From assembly GCA_002269645.1 (NCBI GenBank), contig NIVC01002059.1, forward strand, positions 186,001 through 250,000: a DNA stretch of 64,000 nt, in the 5' to 3' direction. Within the stretch, counting starts at the first letter, position 1. Each line of letters starts with the position of its first letter. This DNA comes from Macrostomum lignano. Lineage: Eukaryota. The translations under genes were made by a program, and so were the position numbers. This document shows positions 52,801 through 64,000 of this stretch, in pieces. The notes under the pieces were generated by a model that saw only the letters and a program-made list of their open reading frames with translations, was not told the origin of the DNA and ran no database searches.

Positions 52801-55800
52801 CACTGTCCGGTGCCAGCCATTCTAGCGGGGCCGGCGAAGCTTTGGTGTTGCCGGACACGGACAGGCTGCCCTGTTTGGTCAGTCCGGCCAGGCTTGGCCA
52901 CCAGTCCTCCAGGTAGCCGGTGCGAGTCCACGCCTTGAATACGTCTTCGTTCGATGTCAGGTAGACGAGCAGGCGGCCCTTTGATGATAACAGTCGGGCT
53001 TCAGTTAGCGTGCATTCATACTAGTAAAAACCACCAGCGCCATCCCCAATGCTCCCTATACGGTAAATGCAAGCAGGCGCGTCCCCACGGGGGGGGGGGA
53101 CATGCCCCCCCCCCCAGTAAAAGCTCTGGGGGACATGCCAATGCTTTGTTTCCCCCCCCCCACCCCACCTTGTGAGTCGTTGTGGTAATCAATAACTTTT
53201 CTTCAGGGCGCCAATAGCGCCATAAGTGCCTGCGGCGCTAAAATGAGTGCCTGTGGCGCTAAAATGAGTGCCTGTGGCGCTAAAATGAGTGCCTGTGGCG
53301 CTAAAATGAGTGCCTGTGGCGCTAAAATGAGTGCCTGTGGCGCTAAAATGAGTGCCTGCGGCGCTAAAATGAGTGCCTGTGGCGCTAAAATGAGTGCCTG
53401 TGGCGCTAAAATGAGTGCCTGCGGCGCTAAAATGAGTGCCTGTGGCGCTAAAATGAGTGCCTGCGGCGCTAAAATGAGTGTCTGCGGCGCTAAAATGAGT
53501 GCCTGGAGCGCTAAAATGAGTGCCTGCAGCGCTAAAATGAGTGCCTACGGCGCTAAAATGAGTGCCTGCGGCGCTAAAATGAGTGCCTGTGGCGCTAAAA
53601 TGAGTGCCTGTGGCTCTAAAATGAGTGCCTGTAGCGCCAAAATGAGTGCCTGTGGCTCTAAAATGAGTGCCTGTAGCGCCAAAATGAGTGTCTACGGCGC
53701 AAAATAATCGAGTGCCAAAATTTAGTCATTTACATGTACATGTTGAACTCTTGGCTTTGTCCCCCCACCGTAAAATCCATGGCGACGCCCCTGCATGCGT
53801 CGAGATACATACAGTTCCTAAACTTCAGTCCGCCTTGAGTGAAATCGCCCCACAACCAGCTCTGAGGCAGTTCTGCCCATTCCGCTGACTCCTGAGTACA
53901 TGCAAGCGCGCCAATACTGTACGCAGGCACGCAACTCACACACGCGCTCACACAGGGTGCACAGCGGCCCTGACTGTCTAATCGTCAGACATGTACACTC
54001 TCTGTGCCTTGAGGTTGGCCCTCACGAGTGTGAATCTCGCACGACAACCCGCCGGCTAATTTTCGTGCTCAAGCACCAAACGAACGCGGGCCACGCACGG
54101 AATCGAACCAGGGGCCGTGGCGTGAGATTCAGACGCGTTTAACGCTGAGCTGGTCTGCCCCCCCTGCCTGCATTCCTCCACACTCTCGACTAAGATCTCA
54201 CCTCGTCCATCGTCTCCAACTCGCGTCGGCACTCGGTGACATTGTCCACCTTACAGTTGAGCTGCGCCTCTGTAATGTTGGTCCACCTGTTGGCGTGGAT
54301 CTTTTTCAATGCTTTCAACATCTCGGGCGCCGAGTCCGGGATGCGGGACGGACCGCTGGACAGCCAGGCCCCGTGGACGAGTCGCCTGCCTGTCCGCTGC
54401 TGCAGTTGCAGCAGCGCCATTACCATCGCCGCGCCGCTGCCGTGACCGAACACTGTGACTCTGGGGGGGGGAATTGACAACTACCTTTTTTCTTTTTTGT
54501 CTTTAATGGGTTTCTTTCTACTATCGCCAATCCGTTTCTGCACCCCATCACCAATCCGTTTCTGCACCCCATCACCAATCCGTTTCTGCACCCCATCACC
54601 AATCCGTTTCTACACCCCATCACCAATCCGTTTCTACACCCCATCACCAATCCGTTTCTGCACCCCATCACCAATCCGTTTCTACACCCCATCGCCAATC
54701 CGTTTCTACACCCCATCGCCAGTCCGTTTCTACACCCCATCGCCAATCCGTTTCTACACCCCATCGCCAGTCCGTTTCTACACCCCATCGCCAATCCGTT
54801 TCTACACCCCATCGCCAGTCCGTTTCTAAACACCATCGCCAGTCGGTTTCTACACCCTATCGCCAATCCGTTCCTACACCCCATCGCCAATCCGTTTCTA
54901 CACCCCATCACCAATCCGTTTCTACACCCCATCGCCAATCCGTTCCTACACCCCATCGCCAATCCGTTCCTACACCCCATCGTTATGTCTGGAAAGTCTT
55001 ACAAGATCGACAAAGTCGATATCTCAGCAGCTCACTTGTTTTTATCCCCGCCGAAGTGCTCGACAGTCTTTCGCAGATGCTCGAGACCGCGAACCAGGTC
55101 CGACAGGCCGTAGTTGACCACCCTGAAGCCGGTGGCGTCGCCAGGTGGCCGGAAGGTGCCATGGAAGGCCAGCCGGTAGCCGATACGGACAACAACGGCC
55201 TGAAGCTGGTCTGGCAAGCCGTCGTCCGAGTGCAGCAGCGAGTCCTGGCCGAGGCTGCGCGTAGTCTCGGACACGAAACCGGAGCCGGTGACGAACACAA
55301 TCACCGGGTAGCCGCTGTTGTAGTCGCGCGGCCGGCCAATACTCAGAAACAGGCAGTCCTCGGACATGGCCGGCTCGCCAGGGACGCCGACTAGCGGGTC
55401 CGCTTCGGGCAGGCGGATCATGGTGGTCATGTTCGGCTCTACGAGCGGCGGCTCCGGCGTGCGAACCTGGTGCAGCTGCCTGAGAGATGTTCCAAAAGCG
55501 ATCGGTCAGTTTTCTAGATTGGTCAGTTTTCTAGATCGGTCAGTTTTCTAGATTGGTCAGTTTTCTAGATTGGTCAGTTTATTAGATTGGTCAGTTTTCT
55601 AGATCGGTCAGTTTTCTAGATTAGTCAGTTTTCTAGATTGGTCAGTTTTCTAGATTGGTCAGTTTTCTAGATTGGTCAGTTTTCTAGATTGGTCAATTTA
55701 TTAGATCGGTCAGTTTTCTAGATTGGTCAGTTTTCTAGATTGGTCAGTTTATTAGATCGGTCAGTTTTCTAGATTGGTCAGTTTTCTAGATCGGTCAGTT

Positions 55801-58588
55801 TTCTAGATTGGTCAGTTTTCTAGATTGGTCAGTTTTCTAGATTGGTCAGTTTTCTAGATTGGTCAGTTTTCTAGATTGGTCAGTTTTCTAGATTGGTCAG
55901 TTTTCTAGATCGGTCAGTTTTCTAGATTGGTCAGTTTATTAGATTGGTCAGTTTTCTAGATTGGTCAGTTTTCTAGATTGGTCAGTTTTCTAGATTGGTC
56001 AGTTTTCTAGATCGGTCAGTTTTCTAGATTGGTCAGTTTATTAGATTGGTCAGTTTATTAGATTGGTCAGTTTTCTAGATTGGTCAATTTTCTAGATTGG
56101 TCAGTTTTCTAGATTGGTCAGTTTTTTAGATTGGTCAGTTTTCTAGATTGGTCAGTTTTCTAGATTGGTCAGTTTTCTAGATTGGTCAGTTTATTAGATT
56201 GGTCAGTTTATTAGATTGGTCAGTTTTCTAGATTGGTCAGTTTTCTAGATTGGTCAGTTTTCTAGATTGGTCAGTTTTCTAGATTGGTCAGCTTTCTAGA
56301 TTGGTCAGCTTTCTAGATCGGTCAGTTTTCTAGATTGGTCAGTTTTCTAGATTGGTCAGTTTTCTAGATTGGTCAGTTTTCTAGATCGGTCAGTTTTCTA
56401 GATTGGTCAGTTTATTAGATTGGTCAGTTTTCTAGATTGGTCAGTTTTCTAGATTGGTCAGTTTTCTAGATTGGTCAGTTTTCTAGATTGGTCAGTTTTC
56501 TAGATCGGTCAGTTTTCTAGATTGGTCAGTTTATTAGATTGGTCAGTTTTCTAGATTGGTCAGTTTTCTAGATTGGTCAGTTTTCTAGATTGGTCAGTTT
56601 TCTAGATCGGTCAGTTTTCTAGATTGGTCAGTTTATTAGATTGGTCAGTTTATTAGATTAGTCAGTTTTCTAGATTGGTCAGTTTTCTAGATTGGTCAGT
56701 TTTCTAGATTGGTCAGTTTTCTAGATCGGTCAGTTTTCTAGATTGGTCAGTTTTCTAGATTGGTCAGTTTTCTATATCGGTCAGTTTTCTAGATTGGTCA
56801 GTTTTCTAGATTGGTCAGTTTTTTAGATTGGTCAGTTTTCTAGATTGGTCAGTTTTTTAGATTGGTCAGTTTTCTAGATTGGTCAGTTTTTTAGATTGGT
56901 CAGTTTTCTAGATTGGTCAGTTTTCTAGATTGGTCAGTTTTCTAAATCAAGAGGCTAAAGTTACCTATGCCGGACCAGGTGATAATGAGAGCAGAACCGC
57001 GGACTGGAGTGCACATTGCACTTGTGCACGCCGTCTATGAATCGGCAGTCGCTGGTCCGGTGCCCCAGGATGCACAATTCCAGACCGTGGATTTTCTCTG
57101 GCATGCGCCAACGGCCTGAAGAGATGTAAAACGGTAATTCAAATATTTAGGCTAGATTATCTGATCGGCCTTCCCGTTTTAATGAGGTTGCTCTACCAGC
57201 TCTGTTGAGATTGTCCTACCAGCTCTGTTGAGATTGTCCTACCAGCTCTGTTGAGATTGTCCTACCAAGTCTGTTGAGGTTGTCCTACCAGCTCTGTTGA
57301 GATTGTCCTACCAGCTCTGTTGAGATTGTCCTACCAAGTCTGTTGAGGTTGTCCTACCAGCTCTGTTGAGATTGTCCTACCAGCTCTGTTGAGATTGTCC
57401 TACCAGCTCTGTTGAGATTGTCCTACCAGCTCTGTTGAGATTGTCCTACCAGCTCTGTTGAGATTGTCCTACCAGCTCTGTTGAGATTGCCTAAGTTGAA
57501 CTACCGTGATCAAATGGCATCCAAACGTGCATCCAAATAAAAACGATCCATCAGATGACAAGCGAGACTCTACCCAGCAGTTTGTCTGCGAGCTCCTTCA
57601 GCGGGCCGACCTCCTCTTGCGGCTTCAACGGGCACGGCTGCAGAGCGAATGGCACGGCTCGATAATTAGCTGAGCTGATGTTGCTGCCAAGGTACCAGGC
57701 GCATTCCAACTGGTTGACAACGGCCAGGTACTGCGGAGGCGGTCGAATCAGCACCAACACTAGGTGCACAGCCAGGGACAGCAGACAGACGACTAGCAAG
57801 GTGCAGAAGGCGCTGTTGGATATGAGGTAGCTGGCGGCGCCCGTAATCGAGTCGAGTTTACTGCCGGTGCCCAGGTAGATCAGAGCTGATTTCGTTATCA
57901 GGTCCGCGTTCGGCACCTGACTGTTGGGAAAGAAGTCGTGAACGTTGCGCTTGCGCCGCCATTGAAGAGTTGTGATTTTTATCTTCTGACTGCGCGTCAG
58001 CACCGACGGAGAAGGTGCCGGCGAGGACGGTTGATCCGCGGCTGATGATGGAGACGTGGGTGTCTCAGCCGGAGGCGGAGGCGGTGGTGTCGAAGATGTC
58101 GGAGGTGCCGTGGGAGGTGAAGGCGGTGGTGTCGAAGATGTCGGAGGTGCCGTGGGAGGTGAAGGCGGTGGTGTCGAAGATGTCGGAGGTGCCGTGGGAG
58201 GTGAAGGCGGTGGTGTCGAAGATGTCGGAGGTGCCGCGGGAGGCAGAGGCGGTGGTGTCGAAGATGTCGGAGGTGCCGCGGGAGGCAGAGGCGGTGGTGT
58301 CGAAGGCCTCGGTGGAGCTGGATTTAATGGAGGTGTCGAAGAAGGCCGAAGCGGAAGATCATTAGGAAGAGGAGTCGGGGTTGTCAAAGGCTCAGGTGGA
58401 GGTTTCGTAGGTGTCTTGGGAGGCGGAGGTTGGGGTGTCTTTTGGGGTGGAGACGGTGTCTTCGAGCGCGGAGCTGGCGGTGTCTTCGAGCGCGGAGCTG
58501 GCGGCGTCTTCGAGCCGGGAGGTGACTGTGTCTTAGCACGTCGAGGCTTTTTACGCGACTTGGACTTCTTTGCCGATGTATTCTCCAT
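49864..58588 (-). CDS. Neurotactin-like type II membrane protein with a non-catalytic cholinesterase/carboxylesterase domain, 918 aa
   Basis: Exons 58588-57574, 57115-56965, 55479-55036, 54460-54202, 52978-52556 and 50328-49864; GT-AG with phases matching; total 2757 nt. Pro-rich N-terminus, one hydrophobic segment (AFCTLLVVCLLSLAVHLVLVLI), then YRAVPFA..P, SEDCLFL, YRL, NYGLSD, FGGDKNKVTVFGHGSG, RFICP and GAFYGLDL. Confidence 0.85.
50968..51410. mobile_element. hAT-like MITE, CACAGATAC family (copy 2)
   Basis: TIR CACAGATAC..AATAAC; perfect 8-bp TSD GTCACAAC (50960-67 and 51411-18). Confidence 0.88.
51513..51589. other. 77-nt near-perfect hairpin
   Basis: Arms TTGCGTAGTAGGTAAGGGACTGAAGTAATGGC and GCCATTATTTCAGTACCTTACCTACTACGCAA, about 32 bp with 2 mismatches. 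Confidence 0.8.
53074..53793. mobile_element. hAT-like MITE with an internal 21-bp minisatellite (copy 2, inverted)
   Basis: Ends CAGGCGCGTC...GACGCCCCTG; array of GGCGCTAAAATGAGTGCCTGT; terminal region homologous to 23811-23890. Confidence 0.75.
53805..54158 (-). mobile_element. tRNA-derived SINE
   Basis: On the minus strand: A-box-like AGCTCAGCGTT (54151-41), B-box GGTTCGATTCC (54109-099) about 30 nt downstream, then a unique body and a TGTATGTAT tail. Confidence 0.55.
54524..54981. repeat. 24-bp minisatellite, about 19 copies
   Basis: Unit CCCCATCGCCAATCCGTTTCTACA; fills the intron. Confidence 0.95.
55498..56943. repeat. 17-bp minisatellite (AGATTGGTCAGTTTTCT), about 85 copies
   Basis: Occupies nearly the whole intron 55480-56964. 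Confidence 0.97.
57193..57490. repeat. 23-bp minisatellite, about 13 copies
   Basis: Unit CTACCAGCTCTGTTGAGATTGTC. Confidence 0.95.
58081..58305 (-). repeat. Coding 42-bp (14-aa) tandem repeat, STPPP(S/L)PP(T/A)APPTS x5
   Basis: In-frame repeats within exon 1 of the neurotactin-like gene. Confidence 0.9.
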
Positions 58589-59144
58589 GGCCTCCTGAGC
58601 AGAAGCGGCACTAATAAACCACTGCTTGATGAATTCACGAATATTATTAATAATAAAGCTAAATTTCGATTCTATAATTGAAAACTAAGAATCAAGATTA
58701 GATCCATTAGAATTCGATGGCTTCTTAGCCTAAATGACATGCTGCACTCGCAACTCAAAGCCTTCTAGCGGGGCCATAGACTGTTAATTTTCTTTTTTTA
58801 AATCTAAGTCAGAGTCGCTCGCGCAGTAAAGCACTTTCGGTTCTGTAGTTCGGCCTTACTCTGTTCAAGCGACCTGTCACGCTGACTGGGGTTTGGCCAT
58901 AGACAAATCCGTCCAGACAAAACAATGCAGAGACAGGAGAAGCTGGAAACTCGCCGCAACTTTGCTTGCTTGCCGGTCTCCGGCAGCAGTTCATGAAAAA
59001 ACAGCTTGATAAACTTGTGAGCGCAGCTCGGACAAAACACCTGCTGGCTGCATCTGCAATTCGGAAGTCCAGCAGGTGAGGCATTGGGGATTCAGTGCTG
59101 AAAAACTGAAAACTTCCCATCTCGCAGCGAAATTGAAGGAGTAC

Positions 59145-59363
59145 AGCGTTCTGGGGCTTCAGCTGTCCATAAAAAAAGACTTCCTATTCAAACAGGGGAA
59201 TAATATCTTGGGGGGAGAGGTGTCTTGGGGGGCGAAGTCCTTAAATGGCGGTGTCGCGGGGGTTGGAGGTGTCTTACTCGTAGGAGGCGGTGTCTTTGGG
59301 GAGGTGTCTTGGAGCGCGGATTGCGTGATGAAGGCTTAGCCGGTTTCGCAGATTTATTTTCAT
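59145..59363 (-). pseudogene. Degenerate duplicate of the 5' end of neurotactin-like exon 1
   Basis: With two 1-nt corrections it reads M(E)NKSAKPAKPSSRNPRSKTPPPKTPPPTSKTPPTP, against MENTSAKKSK...RSKTPPAP in exon 1. Confidence 0.5.
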
Positions 59364-59848
59364 AGCTACTTTGTGCAGAGCAGGCGCTGGTTGAGCAGCT
59401 TAGCTAGTATAAATATTAGCAATGAAAACCGATTGCACTTTGAGAATTGACGCTTTCAAATGGCTAGCCGAGGTAGCAAAGTCAGTTTTTCGATTCTCAG
59501 AAGAATTGAACGGTTTTAACATTTGGAATTCTTTGAACTCATTGGCTGCTGCACCGATCCAGAGAACTTCGTCGTGATTTTTTGTAGAAAAACTGACGTC
59601 CTGTTTCTCACATTAAGGAATACATATCCCCAGCAACATTGAAAACCGACAGACCAGAACCCAGTGCGCACTGCATTTGCTTAAAAATAATGCCAGTCTG
59701 AGACAACTGAAACATCTCAGGCACAATTAGTGTAATCGCACATGCACCAACCAAAGTGAGTTTATTTAGCCAAAATAAAATGCCAGTAGAATTTGCATCA
59801 AATACCAGAACCACAGTTTGATTAGTACGACAGATACGGTAAGAGTAA

Positions 59849-60021
59849 TCAAAAGTCCAATGGAGTACCCTGCGCAGAGGTGCCGCAGGTTGGCTGCGGC
59901 ACTGATTTGCTCACTCGACTGGCCGTCTCCGAGATGTCGGGTGGCAGGTGCAGCCGCTGTAATTGGTTGTAGGAGAGCGGAAATACAGCTGTCTGTCTGT
60001 CTGTCTGTCCGTCTGTCTGTC

Positions 60022-60058
<37 letters not shown>

Positions 60059-60165
60059 GTGTGTTTGTCTGTCTGTCCGTCTGTCTCTGTGTGTTTGTCT
60101 GTCTGTCTGTCCGTCTGTCTGTCTGTCTGTCTGTCCGTCTGTCTGTCCGTCTGTCTGTCTCTGTG

Positions 60166-60204
<39 letters not shown>

Positions 60205-60262
60205 CTGTCTCTGTGTGTCTGTCTCTCTGTCCGTCTGTCTCTCTGTCCGTCTGTCTGTCTCC

Positions 60263-60340
<78 letters not shown>

Positions 60341-60345
60341 GTGCC

Positions 60346-60400
<55 letters not shown>

Positions 60401-60511
60401 GTGTGTTTGTCTGTCTGTCCGTCTGTCTGTCTGTCTGTCTGTCTCTGTGTGTTTGTCTGTCTGTCCGTCTGTCTATCTGTCTGTCTGTCCGTCTGTCTGT
60501 CTCTGTGTGTT

Positions 60512-60542
<31 letters not shown>

Positions 60543-63118
60543 CTGTCTCTGTGTGTCTGTCTCTCTGTCCGTCTGTCTGTCTCTGTCTGTCTGTCTGTCT
60601 GTCCGTCTGTCTGTCTCCGTCTGTCTGTCTGTCTGTGTGCCTGCCTGTCTGTCTGTCTGTCTGTCTGAGCCCAACTACCTGCACCTAAGCCTACAGGGCA
60701 CATATAGCGGCCATCAGTCACCACAAAACGCAAAACACGCCAACCTGAATAAGGAAATTCTTCCGGCGCACTCTGAAGCCAAACTCGAGCGTGTCCGGCC
60801 GGGCCACCGGGGCCGCGGAGCCGGGCAGGCAGGGCAGCTTGGCCAGGCTCAGCAGGCCGTGCAGGTCGCGGTACAAAGGATTGGCGGCACGGCGTCGACC
60901 GCCGGCCACCTGCAGAGAGTCCAGCCGCAGACAGTAGTCGACCAGGTGCCGCATTCGATCGGACAGGATCGGCCGCTGAAAATCGTTGGCAATTGTTCCA
61001 AGTCCACCACCACAGATACTACTATAAGTAGATAGGCCACTCATTGGCTCGCTTAAACAGTTCTCTACTTGCAGTTCAGTAGTACGAATGCGTAAGCGCA
61101 GGGCCTATCCACCAGTTCTCACTTCTCAGCCAATTCCACATGAACTCACCTGCAGTCGCAGACAGTCAGGCACGGTGAGCCAGACGGTGCACAGGTGCTT
61201 GGCGCAGAGATCCCGCAGGCTGTACAAACAGCGCAGGGCGTCGCTCTCGTTGTCTAAGCGGCCCCAGAGTGGGGATGCGAAACCTGGGATAACTGCAGGC
61301 GAGGCGGGGAGCGAAGAGGTTTTTATAGTTACAGGAAATCTAACCCAGTAGATTAGATAGACCGGAAATCTCACCCAGTAGATCAGATAGACTGGAAATC
61401 TCACCCAGTAGATCAGATAGACTGGAAATCTCACCCAGTAGATCAGATAGACCAGAAATCTCACCCAGTAGATCAGATAGACTGGAAATCTCACCCAGTA
61501 GATCAGATAGACCAGAAATCTCACCCAGTAGATCAGATAGACGGGAAATCTCACCCAGTAGATCAGATGGACCGGAAATCTCACCCATTAGAGCAGATAA
61601 ACCGGAAATCTCACCCAGTAGATCAGATAGACCAGAAATCTCACCCAGTAGATCAGATAGACGGGAAATCTCACCCAGTAGATCAGATGGACCGGAAATC
61701 TCACCCATTAGATCAGATAGACGGGAAATCTCACCCAGTAGATCAGATGGACCGGAAATCTCACCCATTAGAGCAGATAAACCGGAAATCTCACCCAGTA
61801 GATCAGATAGACTGGAAATCTCATCCATCGCACCCAGTAGAGCAGATAAACCGGAAATCTCACTCATCTCACCCAGTAGAGCAGATAAACCGGAAATCTC
61901 ACTCATCTCACCCAGTAGAGCAGATAAACCGGAAATCTCACTCATCTCACCCAGTAGAGCAGATAAACCGGAAATCTCACTCATCTCACCCAGTAGAGCA
62001 GATAAACCGGAAATCTCACTCATCTCACCCAGTAGAGCAGATAAACCGGAAATCTCACTCATCTCACCCAGTAGAGCAGGATTCGAAATCTCGGTCCATG
62101 GCAAGTGTCAAAAAAAGAAGTCAGTACCAAGAAAAAGATAACAAATATGAAGGAATTAAACTAGCCAGCAAGTCTTACCAACTTTGAGCAGACTCTGCGT
62201 ATCCTCAGTGGGCCGGTCGGGATACCGGAATTCCGGCCCGCCATCGACAAGGCGCTGCCGAATTTGATCCAAAGCCAGGCTGGCATTGGCAGGGAATGAG
62301 CTGCGGGTTGGAGCATCAGTATAGAAGTATTATCTCGGTGTGTATGACCAGAAATTCAAGGCCAAGAGTAAGATTACCTACCCACCTACCTACCTACCTA
62401 ACTACCTACTTATCTATCTATCTATCTATCTATCTAATTTCAGTTTAAACTCATTATACTACTTACGATGCTCTTATCATTAAGCGGTATGGAACGGGTA
62501 TTTTTGAATTGCGTGATACTGCTGCGAAAGGCCATATTGGGTAATCGCGGATCCAGGGACTCACTACATCACTCACTAAGGGCTAGGCAATTTCCTACAG
62601 AAAAACCTATTTAGTTTAGCATTTTTCAACGAACGCCAGGATCTGTCAATTGGAACGCACCCGAATTCGTCAAGATGAAGAACGTTCAATCGAAGCGAGC
62701 CAGCCTCTTCGAGCTTTGTCAAGTCTAACTTCTTTGACAGATCGAAACTTTTAGCTCCGGTTGTGGATTTGTCAAGGCTGTGCCGCTCCTATAATGGAGA
62801 GGGGTGAGTCAGTTTGTTCGCAAAAAGCAGCAGACATGCCCGTTGCACTGAGTCAATTTACTACGAGAAAATCATTGAGGCGAAAATGATACGATTAATC
62901 AGTATAAAGTAGTAAAAAATATTATTATTTATAGTCACTCGCCTCGAACTGCGGCGCGTTCATGTAACGCCAGGCGATGGCCAGGCCGTCGTCGTTGCCA
63001 GCGCCGCTGTCTCCAATGCCACCTGCTGGTTGCTGTTGCTGTTGTTGTTGTGATTTTGTACCCTCCTCAAGATCTGGCAGATTCTGGAATTAAGTGCGTT
63101 GTTTAGTAGAGGTAGTAA

Positions 63119-63204
<86 letters not shown>

Positions 63205-63214
63205 ATAGTAGTAG

Positions 63215-63300
<86 letters not shown>

Positions 63301-63863
63301 CGGTAGTAGTAGTAGTCGTCGTAGTAGTAGTATCAAAGAGAACCCCGCAATTACTCCCATAGGACATCTCACACCCCGCCACCCACCGCTAGCAGGTACT
63401 CCGAGTGCGCTTGGTTGGCGGCCACTAGCATCACGTGATGCCCATCCAGCAGGCTCTGGGCCAGGAAATAGCGAGTCAACACGCCTGCATAGGCGCCTGT
63501 TGCGTCTTCGTCTGTTGTTGGGTTTTTTATGGGTGTCGTAGAAACAATTGGCATATGATATTATCAGAGTGATGTTACAATAGGGATTTCATAGTCGCTG
63601 CCAGCTAATTAAAAAGGGATGCCAGTGTTTCCATCCTCACCGACAACGCACAACCCGCCGACAGCCAGCCCGCCGCCAATCAATACGTCGAGAGCGGCCA
63701 CTCCGCAGCTGGTGACCGTCGCCTGCTGATTCTGCGCCACCAACTGCTGTTGCTTCTGCTGCTGTTGCTGCTGTCCACAGACGGGCCGGCCGCCGGGCAC
63801 GCGAGGCCGAGGCCGCGAGATGCCGACGCCGGGGCCGCCTGGAGCAACGCGACGAAAGCCAGA
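59849..63863 (-). CDS. ELP4: Elongator complex subunit 4 (PAXNEB family), 5'-incomplete
   Basis: Exons 63863-63641, 63511-63387, 63083-62943, 62788-62661, 62300-62179, 61292-61150, 60975-60745 and 59956-59849 (1221 nt, in frame). Motifs LDVLIGGGLAVG, YAGVLTRYF, IAWRY, FDLSK, ASPLWG, HGLLSLAKLP, FRVRRKNF and LHLPP...LDF*. ATG not found within the window. Confidence 0.92.
59990..60667. repeat. (TCTG)n microsatellite, last ELP4 intron
   Basis: About 680 bp degenerate array. Confidence 0.97.
61335..62078. repeat. 30-bp minisatellite changing to a 39-bp variant
   Basis: Unit GACCGGAAATCTCACCCAGTAGATCAGATA; distal units carry a 9-bp insertion. Confidence 0.95.
63112..63330. repeat. (AGT)n microsatellite, ELP4 intron
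   Basis: About 70 units. Confidence 0.97.
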
Positions 63864-64000
63864 CTGAAGAAATGGCAAGAAACACAAGACTATAGCTAGG
63901 CAATTGGACTGTCTTAATTTATCTTCTTCATTTATCCTTCCCTCCGGTGAAATGTCTATGGCCGGACTGTCTCACCCTCTATCTCTCCTCATCTATCCTT

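Noticed and set aside
54090-54160. Functional tRNA gene
   Set aside because: The acceptor and anticodon stems do not pair properly; interpreted as a SINE head instead.
58993-59203. Small spliced plus-strand ORF (MKKQLDKLVSAAR..., intron 59076-59127)
   Set aside because: It is only about 52 aa with no recognisable homology; a chance GT-AG pair cannot be excluded.
59766-61035. Long ORFs of QTDR / SVCL repeats
   Set aside because: They are (TCTG)n microsatellite translations overlapping ELP4 intron and exons.

Overview
64 kb of animal (metazoan) genomic DNA: GC-rich exons, AT-rich intergenic tracts and introns packed with micro- and minisatellites. The style suggests a flatworm such as Macrostomum (inference, not proven). 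Genes reconstructed by hand from splice sites: a TASK/KCNK two-pore K+ channel (-, 5 exons, 456 aa, polyQ tail); a Tctex1-domain gene (-) interrupted by single-base indels in homopolymers; the PP2A catalytic subunit (-, 4 exons, 312 aa); RACK1 (+, 2 exons, 320 aa); a neurotactin-like type II membrane protein with a catalytically dead cholinesterase domain (-, 6 exons, 918 aa); and Elongator ELP4 (-, 8 exons seen, one GC-AG intron, start codon not found in the window). The most striking structure is the 10.7 kb between the divergent PP2A and RACK1 start codons. It is almost entirely two adjacent DNA transposons with related GGGTCGTTC termini and separate 4-bp TSDs: a 3.8 kb non-autonomous element and a 6.26 kb element with an intact Sola2-like transposase, an RGG tail and a convergent orphan ORF. 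Removing both leaves about 680 bp. Also present: several MITE families with TIRs/TSDs, a 1.7 kb foldback, a tRNA-derived SINE, long hairpins, and an AT-rich orphan ORF near a possible element terminus at the left edge. No CRISPR, rRNA or intact tRNA was found.
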